Shown here one piece after another: positions 12,378 to 25,180 of a DNA stretch of 64,000 nucleotides. Within the stretch, counting starts at the first letter, position 1, and every line of letters begins with the position of its first letter. The notes beneath the pieces are model-generated. The model was not told the DNA's origin. It did not search any database and saw nothing but the letters and a program-made list of their open reading frames with translations. A program made the translations under genes and the position numbers. The stretch covers positions 22,880,001 to 22,944,000 of the forward strand of contig CM052816.1 of the NCBI GenBank assembly GCA_028534125.1. The letters run 5' to 3'. Source of the stretch: Lama glama. Lineage: Eukaryota.

Positions 12378-13280
12378 TGTCATGATACTCTACATCGAGA
12401 ATCCTGAAGATGCCACCAAAAAACTGCTCAAGCTCATCAATGAATTCAGTAAAGTTGCAGTATACAAAATTAATATATAGAAATTTGTTCCATTTCTATA
12501 CACAAACAACGAATCAACTATCACAAAGAGAAGTTAAGGAAACAATCCCATTTAAAAACACATCAAAAAGAATGAAATACCTAGGAATAAACCTACTTAA
12601 GGAGGTAAAAGACCTGTACTCCGAAAATTATAAGACATTGACGAAAGAAACTGAAGATGGCACAAACAGATGGAAAAATATACCGTGTTCACATGCTGGA
12701 ACAATTAATATTGTTAAAATGACCATACTACTCAAAACAACCTACAAATTTAATTAAATCCTTACCAAAATATAAAGGGCATTTTTCACATAACTAAAAC
12801 AAATAATTCTAAAATTTGTAAGTAAACACAAAACCTCTGAATAGCCAAAACAATCTTGAGAAAGAACAGAGCTGGAAGAATAATGCTCCCTGGCTTCAGG
12901 AACATTTTTCCAAAGAAGACATACAGATGGCCAATAGGCATATGAAAAGATGGTTAACATCATTAATCATCAGAGAAATGCAAATTAAAACCACAATGAG
13001 ATAGTACCTCCTACCATCAAAAAGAACAGAATTAACAAATATTGGCGAAGATATGGAGAAAAGGGAACCCCTGTACACTGTTGTTGGGAATGTAAATTGG
13101 TGCAACCATTATGGAAAACAGTATGGAGGTTTCTCAAAAAACTAAAAATAGAGCTACAGTATGACCCAACAATGACACTTCTGCTAATATATCCAGGAAA
13201 AAAAAAACACTAATCCGAAAAGATACATGTGCCCCAGTATTCATAGCAGCATTATTTACAAATGCCAAGATATGGAGCAA
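12378..13280 (+). mobile_element. L1 ORF2 fragment (RT to C-terminal region) with an internal deletion
   Basis: ORF 12410-12757 includes KYLGINLLKEVKDLYSENYKTL...RWKNIPCS..INIVKMTIL. The downstream part encodes [16 protein letters not shown]...[12 protein letters not shown]. Confidence 0.92.
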
Positions 13281-13789
13281 TCTTACAAAATTATAAAATA
13301 AAATAAAATAAAATTCAGCATTACAATCATTGGATACTTCCAAAACATGGAAATAAAACATAATGACAACTCAAATGTGACAATTTTATGCTACAACTGG
13401 GGAGAAAGATATAACCAAATAGCACATACCTCCTGAAGAAAGTACACACCACCACCTATGAAGTAACCTTGGCGAAAAAAAGGGGAAACAAAAACTGAAC
13501 ACAGTCTCATTTTCTAGTTTTCATGAAAACTTACATAAAATATTTTCAGAACATACTGTGTTTCAGTAGTTTTCCTGAAGACTAATATTTATAACTAGTC
13601 AGGAGGAGAACAGATAAGGAGGCTGAGTGGACAACCATTTAGGAAATTGCTCCTGGGAGCGTGCCCATGAGCCATCTGGAAAGCTTCAGAAACAGCCTGG
13701 TGAGACAATTGGAAAGGAGTTAACTTGTGGAAACGAAACTAGTCAGTATGTTTCAGTAATAATTTGGGTTCAGTAAATTGTGTCTCCAT

Positions 13790-14773
13790 TCACAATTTTA
13801 CCTCAGCTCACACTTTCTCTTGAAATTGCAGAGAAATTGTTCATGTCACCTCACCAATGACCTTCAATGGGCAATTCTCTGTGCTTATGCCACTTGACCT
13901 AATAGTAGCATTTGTCCATTTCACCACGTCCTCCTTATGAATATGCTTTCTTTATTTGGCTCTGGGACCTCACTCTTGGTTTATTTCTGATTCATAGGCT
14001 ACTTCTCAATATCCTCCATAGAGTCCTTTTCTTTTTCTAAACTTGTAAATACTACAGATTTATCTAATACTCATCTTTTTCCCTCACTTGTACTTCAATC
14101 AATCAGCAAATCATGAAGGTCTGTGTCTTCAAAACAATCCCAAATCTAACCTCTTTTTCATCATGATGGCTATCACACTATTCCATGTCACCACTCACTC
14201 TCACCTGCTCTGCTATAAATGGCTTCAAAACCGAAGCCCCAGCTTTCTCTATGGTTCGACAACAGCCTATCCTCAATACAGTATGGCTAAAGAACAGTCC
14301 TTTAAAATATGTTTCATCATGTGACTCACATGCTTAAAATCATTCAACTAAATTCACGTCTAGTATAAAATCCATAATCTTGCCTCCTATGCTGTTTTAT
14401 GAGCTTTCTGCCCTCCCTTCATGTCCCTCCTTCATGTCCTCCAGCCACCCTGGCCTCCCTGCTGTACCTCAGTTCCCCATACACATCACATTCGCACCTC
14501 AGAATATCGACTTGCTTTCTCAAACACATTCCTTTCTCAAGTAACACGCCCGTCACCTTTTTTCAATTACCCTGCTCTGTTTTTCTTCGCACCACTTAGA
14601 CATAATTGGAATTCTAGCATAAGTCTATGTGCTGATCATCTACCTCCCATAATTGGAATGTATGCTTCACAAAGACAGCAATTTTGTCTCTTTTCCACTC
14701 TGGTGTATCCTCAGCATAAGCAGAAAGTGAGACGTGGAACAGAAGCTCAGTGAGTATTTGTTGGATAAATGAA
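13790..14773 (+). mobile_element. L2 LINE 3' region
   Basis: Ends in the L2 tail ctcagtgagtatttgttggataaatgaa, with internal pyrimidine-rich L2 motifs (ttgacctaatagtagcatttg; ccagccaccctggcctccctgctgt). Confidence 0.7.
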
Positions 14774-15095
14774 GTAACGAAGGCAACAGCAGAATCAAGT
14801 AAAAGTTCCACCATATTCTACTCTGATAAAAACTTATTCAGAGTATTTTGTTTGATATTTAGCACCACATTTTAAGGTCGTTGGAAAGGGAGGACCAAGG
14901 AGACTGACAATGACGGTATTAGGGGTGGCATTGTATCCCCCGTCCCAAAAACCATATGTTGAAGTCCTGCCCTCCAGTACCTCAGAATGTGACCTTATTG
15001 CATATAGGTGCTGGGATAGATGTAATTAGTTAACATCAGTTCATACTGGAGAAGGGAGGGCCCCTAACAACTGGGGTCCTTATAAGAAAACCACT

Positions 15096-15120
15096 ACACA
15101 CACACACACACACACACACA
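15096..15120. repeat. (AC)n microsatellite
   Basis: Perfect AC run inside the MLT1 LTR. Confidence 0.95.
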
Positions 15121-15229
15121 AAGAAAAACTATGTGGTGATGAAGGCAGAGACTGGAGCTACACAGCAGGAAGCCAAAGAATGTTAAGGACTGCTGGCAAG
15201 CCCACAGGAGCTACGAAGAGGCAAGAAAG

Positions 15230-15380
15230 GACTCCTCTAAGGTTTCAGAGGGAGGATGGCCCTGCCAACATCTTGATTTTGGACTTCTAGCCTCCATAAT
15301 GTTGAGACTCCTCTAAGGTTTCAGAGGGAGGATGGCCCTGCCAACATTTTGATTTTGGACTTCTAGCCTCCATAATGTTG
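15230..15380. repeat. Tandem duplication, 2 x 75 bp (period 76, one mismatch)
   Basis: gactcctctaagg...cctccataatgttg at 15230-15304 and 15306-15380. Confidence 0.95.
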
Positions 15381-15876
15381 GCTTTTGTTTTAAGCCACCC
15401 AGTTTGCAGCACTTTGTTACACAACCCTAGGAAGTTGATACAGATGGTAAGTCTAGAAAATCACGGTTTTTTAAGGAATAGCTCTTTCACCTAGAAAAAA
15501 GAATGCCGGGTGAGAAGTATAAGCAAACATTAAAAAACAATTTTCAACTCCTTGGTGGGGCAACACGTAGACTAGAATGTCTACTTATTTGAGTAGCTTT
15601 GGAGGACACAGCCTAGGTTAAATATTAATTGGAGCTGCATTTCAAAGAGCTGTAAGATATCAGGTAGTCTGGGTTTACAGCTTAAGAAAGATGATCACAT
15701 CTGTTGAACAGTCAGATGCTTATGTAAATGGGAGCTAAAAATTCTGCTGGCAAAGAACTCAAGCAACATACGCTGCTGAAGTTCAAACACGTCTGCACAT
15801 TTCTGGCAAGCTATCAGGGTGGAACCAAAAAATTCTGTGTTCAGGGAGTACTGAAGAATCTCTGAGAGACAAAAAA

Positions 15877-16376
15877 NNNNNNNNNNNNNNNNNNNNNNNN
15901 NNNNNNNNNNNNNNNNNNNNNNNNNNNNNNNNNNNNNNNNNNNNNNNNNNNNNNNNNNNNNNNNNNNNNNNNNNNNNNNNNNNNNNNNNNNNNNNNNNNN
16001 NNNNNNNNNNNNNNNNNNNNNNNNNNNNNNNNNNNNNNNNNNNNNNNNNNNNNNNNNNNNNNNNNNNNNNNNNNNNNNNNNNNNNNNNNNNNNNNNNNNN
16101 NNNNNNNNNNNNNNNNNNNNNNNNNNNNNNNNNNNNNNNNNNNNNNNNNNNNNNNNNNNNNNNNNNNNNNNNNNNNNNNNNNNNNNNNNNNNNNNNNNNN
16201 NNNNNNNNNNNNNNNNNNNNNNNNNNNNNNNNNNNNNNNNNNNNNNNNNNNNNNNNNNNNNNNNNNNNNNNNNNNNNNNNNNNNNNNNNNNNNNNNNNNN
16301 NNNNNNNNNNNNNNNNNNNNNNNNNNNNNNNNNNNNNNNNNNNNNNNNNNNNNNNNNNNNNNNNNNNNNNNNNNNN
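15877..16376. other. Assembly gap (500 N)
   Basis: Run of exactly 500 N. Confidence 0.99.
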
Positions 16377-16479
16377 GCAAAAATCTGTGATGAACAAAGT
16401 ATCAAAATTTCATATAGAGACAGTATTCAACAAGGAAGAGAGTAAGACCAGTTGAGGCTGAGTCATGCAAGGGCAGAGT

Positions 16480-17520
16480 CAGATCCTGTCTTTATTTTAT
16501 CAGTATAAATGTTAACAGTATGCATTCATGGCAATATAGCTGGGTCCTCCTTCAAGGAAACCTGGCTGTTCTTTCACTCAAAGGTCTCAGTGTAGTTGAA
16601 CTGGCTCAAATGTGAGGACTAGTTGAAGGGATTCAATTCGGACTTTTTGTTTACCCAACTAGAAATTGTCTGGTTGTTCAAATAATACTTTAATAGGTTG
16701 CTTCATTTATGTCAGCTCTAGAACAGCTGAATCAATTGGCCAACACCAGCAATCTCTAAGGATCGAATCAATATACTTACTCCTCTTCTGCTGCCCGTTA
16801 ACAGTAACCATGCCCCTACTTGTTTCTGGCAATTTCGTACCACCACTTGGCTTCCAACAACGCTGGAATCCTATCCTCTCCACTGACATCACACCTTGAG
16901 TTTGATGACAGCAGTTCCTACTGCCATTTATCACCTACCAACAACAGCTACGACAGAGACCTTCAGGGATGCTCATGTTTATTTCTCACAACCTTGGTGA
17001 AGGGACTGTTCTCTGAATCCACCTGAACGAAATGGTTAGGAGTCGGGTACATGATTTATATGATAAATCCATTTTAGAATTCTGATATCCTTACACCTTT
17101 TGAAACCTTCCTCTATGTTATACAGAAGGTTTGGCAATTCAACTTTTTTCAGTGTGGGCCAACTCTGGGTCCAAGTCTCAACCAACCAAGCAAACTGTTG
17201 GAGCTACTCTAAGCTGCACACGTTAACACATTAAATCCAGAATCTCAGCTTGGTGCAGCCAGAGTAACAAATTCAGCTCAGTCCAACTTTATATTCCTTC
17301 CACCCTGATTTAATATTCCGTGGGATCCACTCGAGATCTGTATCAATATAAACTGGCAAAATCTTGGAATTTTTGGTGCGGTCTGAGACTCCCTGCAAGT
17401 TATACTCTTTACCTTTGGGATTCTCTCTGGGGCCTTTGGGACTTGTGCCTGGGTTATAGCTCTGAGAAGAACGAGAGGCGTTGGAGTTAAGTCCTTAGGA
17501 AGGTCAGCAGTCCCTGCTAA
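16480..17520 (-). mobile_element. Decayed ERVL gag-like internal sequence
   Basis: Minus-strand remnants ILNQGGRNIKLD (ORF 17278-17529) and AVGTAVIKL, plus a region resembling GQVAALNRQRQGG..NGQQ of ERVL/MaLR gag. Confidence 0.65.
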
Positions 17521-17846
17521 GGAAACCACCAGCAGGGGAGGAGGAAAAGGGGCCTAAACTCCTGACAGAGGGGAGAGGGATGTATGTACAGGCAGAGGAA
17601 GTCAGGCCAGATTTAGTGGTCAAGGTCATCAGCTTCATCCGCTGCTGCCTCGTCCCAGCAAGAGCCAGCACACCGACGGCAACACGTGCTGGCCACACCG
17701 CGCTGGTACCCTAAATGACCTCAGGGGCTAATGGCAGCTGATCCATTTCTGCCCTCGAAGTCTCACTAATTTTCCTGTGGCCAATTCTCATTCAAAACCA
17801 TAGGTGGAAGGGAATTCTTGGAAAAGTAGTTCTAACTTGGCTACAC
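17520..17846. mobile_element. ERVL-class LTR fragment (LTR33/LTR41-like)
   Basis: tggccaattctc...aaccataggtggaagggaattcttggaaaagtagttctaacttggcta. Confidence 0.5.
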
Positions 17847-19339
17847 GATATTTTGTGTATGTCTGTTTATGATTTTGCACATCAAATCACAGTATACTAG
17901 ATCTGATACTTCTGTTTACTGCTTTCTTGTGAAATAGAAGCATGTTTTTGCAAATCTGCTTGTGTGAGGGGTACGTGTGATTTAAATGAAATTAAAATAT
18001 TTACATCTTTTATTTTATTTTTATATTAAACGTCAAAATGTTTGGTCTTTTTCACATTAACCTAAACCTAGTAGATACTTTAATTTTGATTCTTTGAAAC
18101 TGACTCAGCTCGAATTTCGTTAATCACTGAATAGTAGAAATTGGTAATGTTTCTATCCTTACCATCTCTTGGAAACCACATCATGAAGGAATAAGAAAAG
18201 AAAATTACAGAGATAATTCAATTTCACATGCTCCACTCTAGGCTATTGTCAAAGCTATTTCCTAATATATCAATCACTGTTTCCTGAGACAAGACAAGAA
18301 CTGGAAAGAACATCTGCACACCATGCACAAAATGAGAACAGGAGCATCTCTTGTCTTTAGAAAAAATGTATCAATTTCTACCTGTTTAACTAAAATAGTT
18401 AGCATTTGCCAAAAATTACATGGTTTTTCAGCCTGCAAAGTCTAAATAAAAGTCATTCTTAGAACTGTTGCAGGACAAGTAAGAGAAAATAACTAAATGC
18501 TGAAGTTTAAATTAAGAGAAGTTAGTATTCACCACAGGTAATTAGAAAGTATCAGGTCAGAAGTTTGGGAACGTTTCTAGAGACAGTCACTGTCAATGTT
18601 TATAGCGTGTTTTCCTGTGAGAAGCCATCTGATCTTGGAGCTCTTTTTGGCATGAGCTCTGCACTGAGTGCCCCCACGTTCCTAAATGTTTTCTTTGACA
18701 CAGGAAGTCGTGTCCCCTTCCTTTTGGCTCACAGGCACGACAGATTCCTTGACAGTGAGATCTACTGGATCCTCTCTTCCTCAACTTTGGATCCTTCCTG
18801 ACACATGGCATAAGTTGGACTGTCTTTCCCTGTTTTCTTCCTGGTGTGTTAAGAGGGAAAAGTACAAAGCAAAAAACGTTTGTTTAAAGTGATCATTCAC
18901 CTTTCTTTTAAAAGTTCCTTCTCAGAATCCATTCACCCACTCCATCCTTAAGTGCTTGACATTTTCAAGCTGCTGTTTCAATACCTGAGGTTGCTATCAC
19001 CCTTTCATCAGCACATGGTCTTGACTACTTGCCAGTCTACCCTTAATTAGATTCTTCTAAGTTCACAGCACTGTTAAACTTGGAGACAATTTTGGTGAGT
19101 ATCCTAAAACAATTCATTGTTAAGTTGTTAAAATCCCCTATCTGCTATACATAATGCTATAACTGAACACACTGTTTCATAAATCAAAGTAAACACATGA
19201 AATCTGGTCAGCTTTAAAGCTGTACTACCTTAAGTTGTGAATTAGTGGGATCTCATTAGTGATTATCATTATACTTAATATTTTTCTATGTAGGATCTAA
19301 AAGACAAATAAATCTACATATGTAACTTATCTTCCTCTT

Positions 19340-21300
19340 CTTCTATTTTTAAAACATAATACTTGAGAAATAAAAGAATATATGCAATGTATATATAAGA
19401 AAGCATCAAATAAAAAGGATACCTTGTAAGCCCACTAAGCATTTAGGACCTAAGAACATGATCAGCACTTTGCATCCATCAGTGTTCCTCTCCTAGTTCA
19501 TCTCATTCATCCTTCCCCTCAACAATACTTTAAATTTATTAATCTCTTGCTTTTTCCTAAAGAGTTTTATCATATATACATTTTATTTATATGTGTAAAT
19601 AATATACACACACATCCCTAAAAAATATGCTGTTTAGTTTTGTTTATTCCTGGGGTTTATTTGTACATGTGGGATCTCCTTAAAAACTTGCTTTTTTGTG
19701 CAAAATTAAGTTTGTATGTAATTTCTTTTATAATTTTATATATGTAATTTCTTGTAGCCCTTCTTTATATAGTATTCCATTGTGCACCTATAATACAATT
19801 TTTTTATCCATTCTCCTGCCAATGAACATTTTGGATGTTTCTAGTATAAATAGTGCTACTGTGAACATTCTTTTTTTTTAATTGAAATATAGACAGTTTA
19901 CAATGTGTTAATTTCTTGTGTACAACATAGTGATTCAGTTCTATATATATTCCATATATATATATATATATATATATATTCCTTTTCACAGTCTTTTTCA
20001 TTATAGGCTATTACAAGGTACTGAAAAAAAAAATCCAAGGTATTGAATATAGTTCCCTATGCTATACAGTAGGACCTTGTTGTTTATCTACTTTATATGT
20101 AGTAGTTAGTATCTGCAAATCCCAAACTCCTAATTTATCCCTCCACCATTACTGTATGTTCAAACACACACTAATGTTAAAATTTAGTCCAAAGTGGTTG
20201 TATCAGTTGACTCTCTCTCGCAGCATGTACTAGTTTTCACTCATTTATATACCCTCCAGGACTTGTTATTCTCAATTTAATAGATACTAATTTGAATCTT
20301 CCAAATTTCTAATGAGGCTGAGTATATTTTTGGGAATGTTTATTCACCAATCATCTGCCTATGTTTATACTCATTTTCGTACCCAATTATTTGTCTTTCT
20401 CTTATTGATTTTTAGCCATTCATCACATACTCTGGTTAATCCTTTGTTAGTTTTATTTTTTGAGCCTACATTCTCCAAGTTTGTCACTTGCTTTTTGAAT
20501 TTTTTACTCTGAATTCTGATGAACATTAAGTTGTTCATTTTAATATAGCCAACTTTATCTGTTGTTTTTATGGTATAATCTATGTTAAAGACAGAAAGCT
20601 ATTATTAAATATATTCTTTATGATGTTTAAGGTATTTTCTTTCACTTTTATGTACCTAATCAGCTAGAATTACATTTTGTGTATTTTTTCAAGATCCAAG
20701 GACACTCATTTCTGTCTCATTTATTAAACAGCTATTCCTTTCCCAGTGATCAAGGTGACATCTCTACCACACATAATTCCCATTTAAGACAGGCTCTCTT
20801 TCTAGGTTTTTCATTCTGTTCTCCCATTGACATCTTTTTGTTCAAAGCTGATACTCAGCCAGTATACACCCGAATAGCGTATCTACTTTTACTAGTTCTC
20901 ATTTATTAGATCTTTATTCTGATTGGTCAGAATTCTATTCTGACTGCTTAGTATCAGCAGTACAAGAATCATTAAAATATTAAATATGTCATCCTAGCTT
21001 GAACCAATACATGTGAGCTTTATTATTATAATCTGTGTTGTGATAACTCATAAGGCAAATTCTCACATTATTCTCTTCCTTCAGGAGGTCTTTGCCATTC
21101 CTTGAGCTTTGTATGTCCATATAAACTGCAGAAGAGATTTTTAAGTTTCATATAAAACCTGCTGGAATTGATAGATCTGCCTTGAATTAAAAAATACGAG
21201 AATTTAATAATAAATGATTTTGTTTTTCTTTCCAGAAATATAGAATGAACAACTATTTATTCACAATTTCTTTAGTATCTTTCAAAAATATATGTTTCTT
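19340..21300 (-). mobile_element. Old L1M (L1ME-like) fragments
   Basis: Degenerate antisense L1 motifs (tagtattccattgtg...ttatccattctcctg...aatagtgctactgtgaacattctt; ccaaagtggttgtatcagtt). Confidence 0.6.
19869..20146 (-). mobile_element. Younger L1 3' UTR inserted into the old L1
   Basis: Poly(T), then aattgaaatatagacagtttacaatgtg...gttccctatgctatacagtagg...tatctgcaaatcccaaactcctaatttatccct, the reverse complement of the L1 end at 52200-52415. Contains (TA)n. Confidence 0.85.
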
Positions 21301-21344
21301 ACTCACCTGGATACCAACAGTTTTGTTTTATTATTATTATCACC

Positions 21345-21796
21345 TACCGAGTTAAAGAGAAATGCACAACATGAGAGCTGTGAGCTTAAGTTTTATTCAG
21401 GCTCCTGCTGAGGACTACAGCCCTGACAGCTCTTGGTTAGCTCTGAGGAAAACTGCTCCAAAGAGGAAGGGGAGAAGCCAGTTTATACACCACTTGGGGC
21501 TAGGAAATGCGTGCAGTCAAGCATAAGCTTGGTGAAAGATTACTCCAAAGAACAGATGTCTCAAGTTAATGATTTTCTCTTAGATTTAATGCAAGATTAA
21601 AGAATCTGAGTTCAATAAAATTCTTCCTAAGATATACATCTAACCGAGGGCCTACCTGTTCAAAGCACAGAGTGCCTCGTCCTGTTACTGTTTTAGATTC
21701 TTCTCAGAGTGAACTATTCGCCAGCAACCGTAGTAGGTGACGACTTAACCCCTGTGCAACTGTGGGGTGAGCAACGCCCTTTTCCTTCTTTGTTCA
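21345..21796 (-). mobile_element. ERV1 solo LTR (MER41-like, laurasiatherian type)
   Basis: aaatgcacaac...gttttatt...ctgaggactacagccc...tagctctgagga..ctgctccaaagagg...aagattact...tctcaagttaatga. Confidence 0.65.
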
Positions 21797-22824
21797 CTCT
21801 CCTACTGAAAATGGTGTTTCCCCTAACTATATTTCTAAGCTCTATTTCTACCCTTCTTTTTTTCTGATTTATTATAACTCATTCATTTTCTGCAGTTGTT
21901 AATCTATGCAAACTTCCCTGTTATTATCTTATTTTTTTTCTGTTTGTCCTATTTTTCTACACTATTGCTATTTTTTCTGTTTCAGAAATGTGTATCCTAT
22001 AGTTTTTGTAGCTTCCATCCTTGAACTTTACCCCCCAAATCCTAATACTGAACAATGTATTAACCCCTCTCCAGAATAATACACAACTCTTAAAACACTT
22101 CAATCTAATCATATCTCACCTAAACTGTATGTTGTTGTTCTGTATGTCACTTTTTTGGTTTATATATATATATATATACATACACACACAATATTTGTTT
22201 AGGTTTACATATATTTGGCATTTCATGTCTTACCAGTTCCTTCACATTTCAGATTTTCCTCTTCCTCAAAAGTATACTGTTCCATTGTAAGAATTTCCTC
22301 ACAGATAACCAAGTCTGCCATTCTGGCAGAAGCAGAATATCATATGATTAACTTTTTAAATATCCTGGCAGAATAAAGCTCATATATCTCTTCTACCTAG
22401 GATGAACACTAAATTCAAATAGTTGAGTTTTTTTCCCTAAAGTTAGAACTATTCATTTTTAAGCAAATTCCAAAGTTGGCAGAAATATTCTCCCAGCTGG
22501 TATATGTGACAGTAGTATCAGCACCTCTAATTCCATACATTTTATAGAAGTTCATGCCTCTATTTCTTGGCTTTTTCAAAAAGTTCTGATTTTTTTCTTG
22601 AAAACATCACTTCCTTCTACAATCAGGTGATAGACGCTTGCTTTCTGTCCAACTATATTACATCACTTATTTTATTCCTCATGTACCTCCTGTACACTGT
22701 GATCACAGTCTGAAATATTACAGAAGCACAGTGAAAATCTAACACTGACATCTTAACTCTCCTCTAAAATCACAAACAAACATGGCTTGTAAAATCCTGA
22801 GCTGGCTCATTAAGAACTCAGAGT

Positions 22825-22885
22825 TGTACATCAACTATGCTTCAATAAAAAATAATTTAAAAAATCTCTCATCCCCACAAAAAAA
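22825..22885 (+). mobile_element. Ultra-short L1 tip (61 bp) with a perfect 13-bp TSD
   Basis: aagaactcagagt at 22812-22824 and 22886-22898 flanks tgtacatcaactatgcttcaataaaaaa plus a short extra segment and A tail. Confidence 0.8.
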
Positions 22886-23429
22886 AAGAACTCAGAGTAT
22901 ACAAAAATTACACACAGCCAGATGTCTTAGAGATATTAAAATGACACAGGCTTTAGATAGACTGCATTATTAGTGTGGTCCTTTCTGTCATTCAGTTTGG
23001 TCATTTATTTATCAAAGAAAACCTCAAGGTCAGCATCTGCATTCTTCACTACCTACACTGAGGTGCGAAACTTTTACAAAGTATTCACCCGGAACATAAC
23101 TAGTTTCATTTCTAAAAGAACTTCCAGCATTCTTTTTTAAAATATTTTAAAAATATTTTTATTTGCCATATTGTGCTAACCTAAAGTGTATTTTCACACT
23201 TCTCTGCAGAATCACATTTTAAATAAAATTAACCCAGAAATCTTGTAGATACTTAATCAAAGCATTTGTGCTAATAAAAATATTTCTTAAAGTCTGGAAA
23301 AGCAAATGACATTAAGATTTGTTATCAAAAAGTCTGACTATAAACAAAACTCCAGGTAAGTTACTAAACTGCTGTACATATTACTATGTCTATCATACCT
23401 GGATATTCTAACATGGAGTTTTAAGTAGG

Positions 23430-23885
23430 TTTCCTACAACTGCCTCTCTCTTTCTCTTTCTCGGTCAGTGTCCCACCTGCCCCAGGTAATCCTGCTAGTT
23501 TCAAATTGGGATTAAACACCACTGCAGAGTATGGGACCTCATTATTTGATTGGCTGCTGAAAGGCCAGACGATGCAATACAGAATCCTCAGTCCCCTTGG
23601 TATAAATACTGACTGCTAGGAAATGGGGAACAGGAGGGAACCAGTCAGATAAATAACCTCTTTTTTTCTCTCCCTCCTATAGATTACACCAAGTTCAGTT
23701 CCTTTTGTATTCCCTCCCGGGGAGCCCTGTACTTGGCCAAGAAAAGATGTCTGCCGAGTGACTTGCTGTCTGTGTTACATTAGATCTCTTGCCTCGTTTC
23801 CATTTTCCCTCTCTGCCTAAAGCTTGTACTTTCTTCTCAAATTATTGTCTCCAGCTCGACTTTCTAGAAGACCCAGGCAAAGGCA
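23430..23885 (+). mobile_element. ERVL LTR (LTR40/LTR41-like)
   Basis: ggggaacaggagggaaccagtcagataaat...ctcgactttctagaagacccaggcaaaggca terminus. Confidence 0.5.
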
Positions 23886-25049
23886 GTAGTGCAAAAATTT
23901 TGCTTTACAGCAAAAATTATATGTATATACAACAATAAAATTGTATCTGTAATTAGGATTTGGTAGCTAGAGGGGAAAAAACACATTGTGTCACTGTATA
24001 AGCATGTCTCTTCCTTCATTTTTCCTTAAAATTAAAATCTTTCTTATATTCTTAAACTTCAAGAGAGACCACTATTGAGTTAAATAATATTAATTATGCT
24101 AAGGAGTCAGACTGAAATAATTTTCTAAGATTTGACTCATGGCACTAAGACAAGTCAGATTTCTTCAGTTTCTAGGCAGATAATCAAAATTATGAAGTAC
24201 TGTGATCTCAATCAGAAAAAGACAAAATAAGATAGAGTTCCCAGAACAAAGCATGAACAGCAACCACCTTCTGATAAAGTCTCCTCTGCCTTCCTTCTTC
24301 CTGTATGTTCCCCTCATGTGGATATATAGGTGGTTATAGTGTTGTTGGAGATGATAAAGTAATGAGCAAAAGGAGAATTAAGAAACTATTCTGTAGTGAA
24401 AAAAAAAATCAGTCTTAACACTCCTTCTCTGTCAGACCTGGTCTCAGACACTTCCTTGCTTCTATGACTTCAGCAATTCATGAAGAAACGAAAACATCCA
24501 AAGTTTTCTACGATAAGTTGCCTCTGCTTTGCAGATTTATATTTTTAGTAAGGGCTCCAAATAAAAGAGGGCTTGTATGGTAGTAAGGGGTATGTTTCAG
24601 TTGAAAGATAAATAAACTGAAGTCCAAAGAAGTTATTTCCCTCAGTTATGTCTAACTCTGAAGCCTCTGTTTCATTATGCCACATAGAGTAAGTTAGTGT
24701 AAAGTGAGGGGCACAAATGAAAATCTTCTCATATCTAACTTTATTCTATAAGAGAAGTCACAATGTTTGTGGAAACTAGGAAATCAGTTTTGATAATTTT
24801 CTTTAAAGATATGAGTTATTTTATGAGAATGGTATACTTTCCTAGTAAGACCTCACCCTTACTGTTTTTCTAAGGTATCATTAGGTGGCAATGGATGGTT
24901 CTGAAAGATACAGTCTAATTTAAGGTAGCTTTTGTGTTGAAATGTCAAGGTGCAAATCTGTAGGCAAAGGCTGCAGAAAGTGAGGCTTAATATATTGCCA
25001 AAGTTTAGGCGTAAGTCAGCGGCTTGTGAAATTGCAATCCTCAACACCT

Positions 25050-25180
25050 TACTCTTCAAACAATGGTCCTGGGATCAGCAGCATTGATATCAGCTAAAAG
25101 CTTGCTAGAAACATAGAAATTAACACCTTATTCCTGACCTATTATACTGGGACTGCACTTTAACAAGATTCCCAGGTTTA
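25050..25180. mobile_element. MER5A-like DNA transposon
   Basis: tggtcctgggatcagcagcattgatatcagc...gcttgctagaaa...ctgcactttaacaagattcccaggt. Confidence 0.7.

Larger units (their letters stand above)
14916..15442 (+). mobile_element. MLT1C-like MaLR solo LTR
   Basis: atatgttgaagtcct...tacctcagaatgtgaccttatt...gaaggcagagactggag...ttttaagccacccagtttg...gttgataca. Confidence 0.85.

Noticed and set aside
12410..12757. 115-aa ORF as a host gene
   Set aside because: It is a frameshifted L1 ORF2 remnant.
15695..16405. Long ORFs of 179-236 aa
   Set aside because: They consist of X residues across the N gap and are artefacts.
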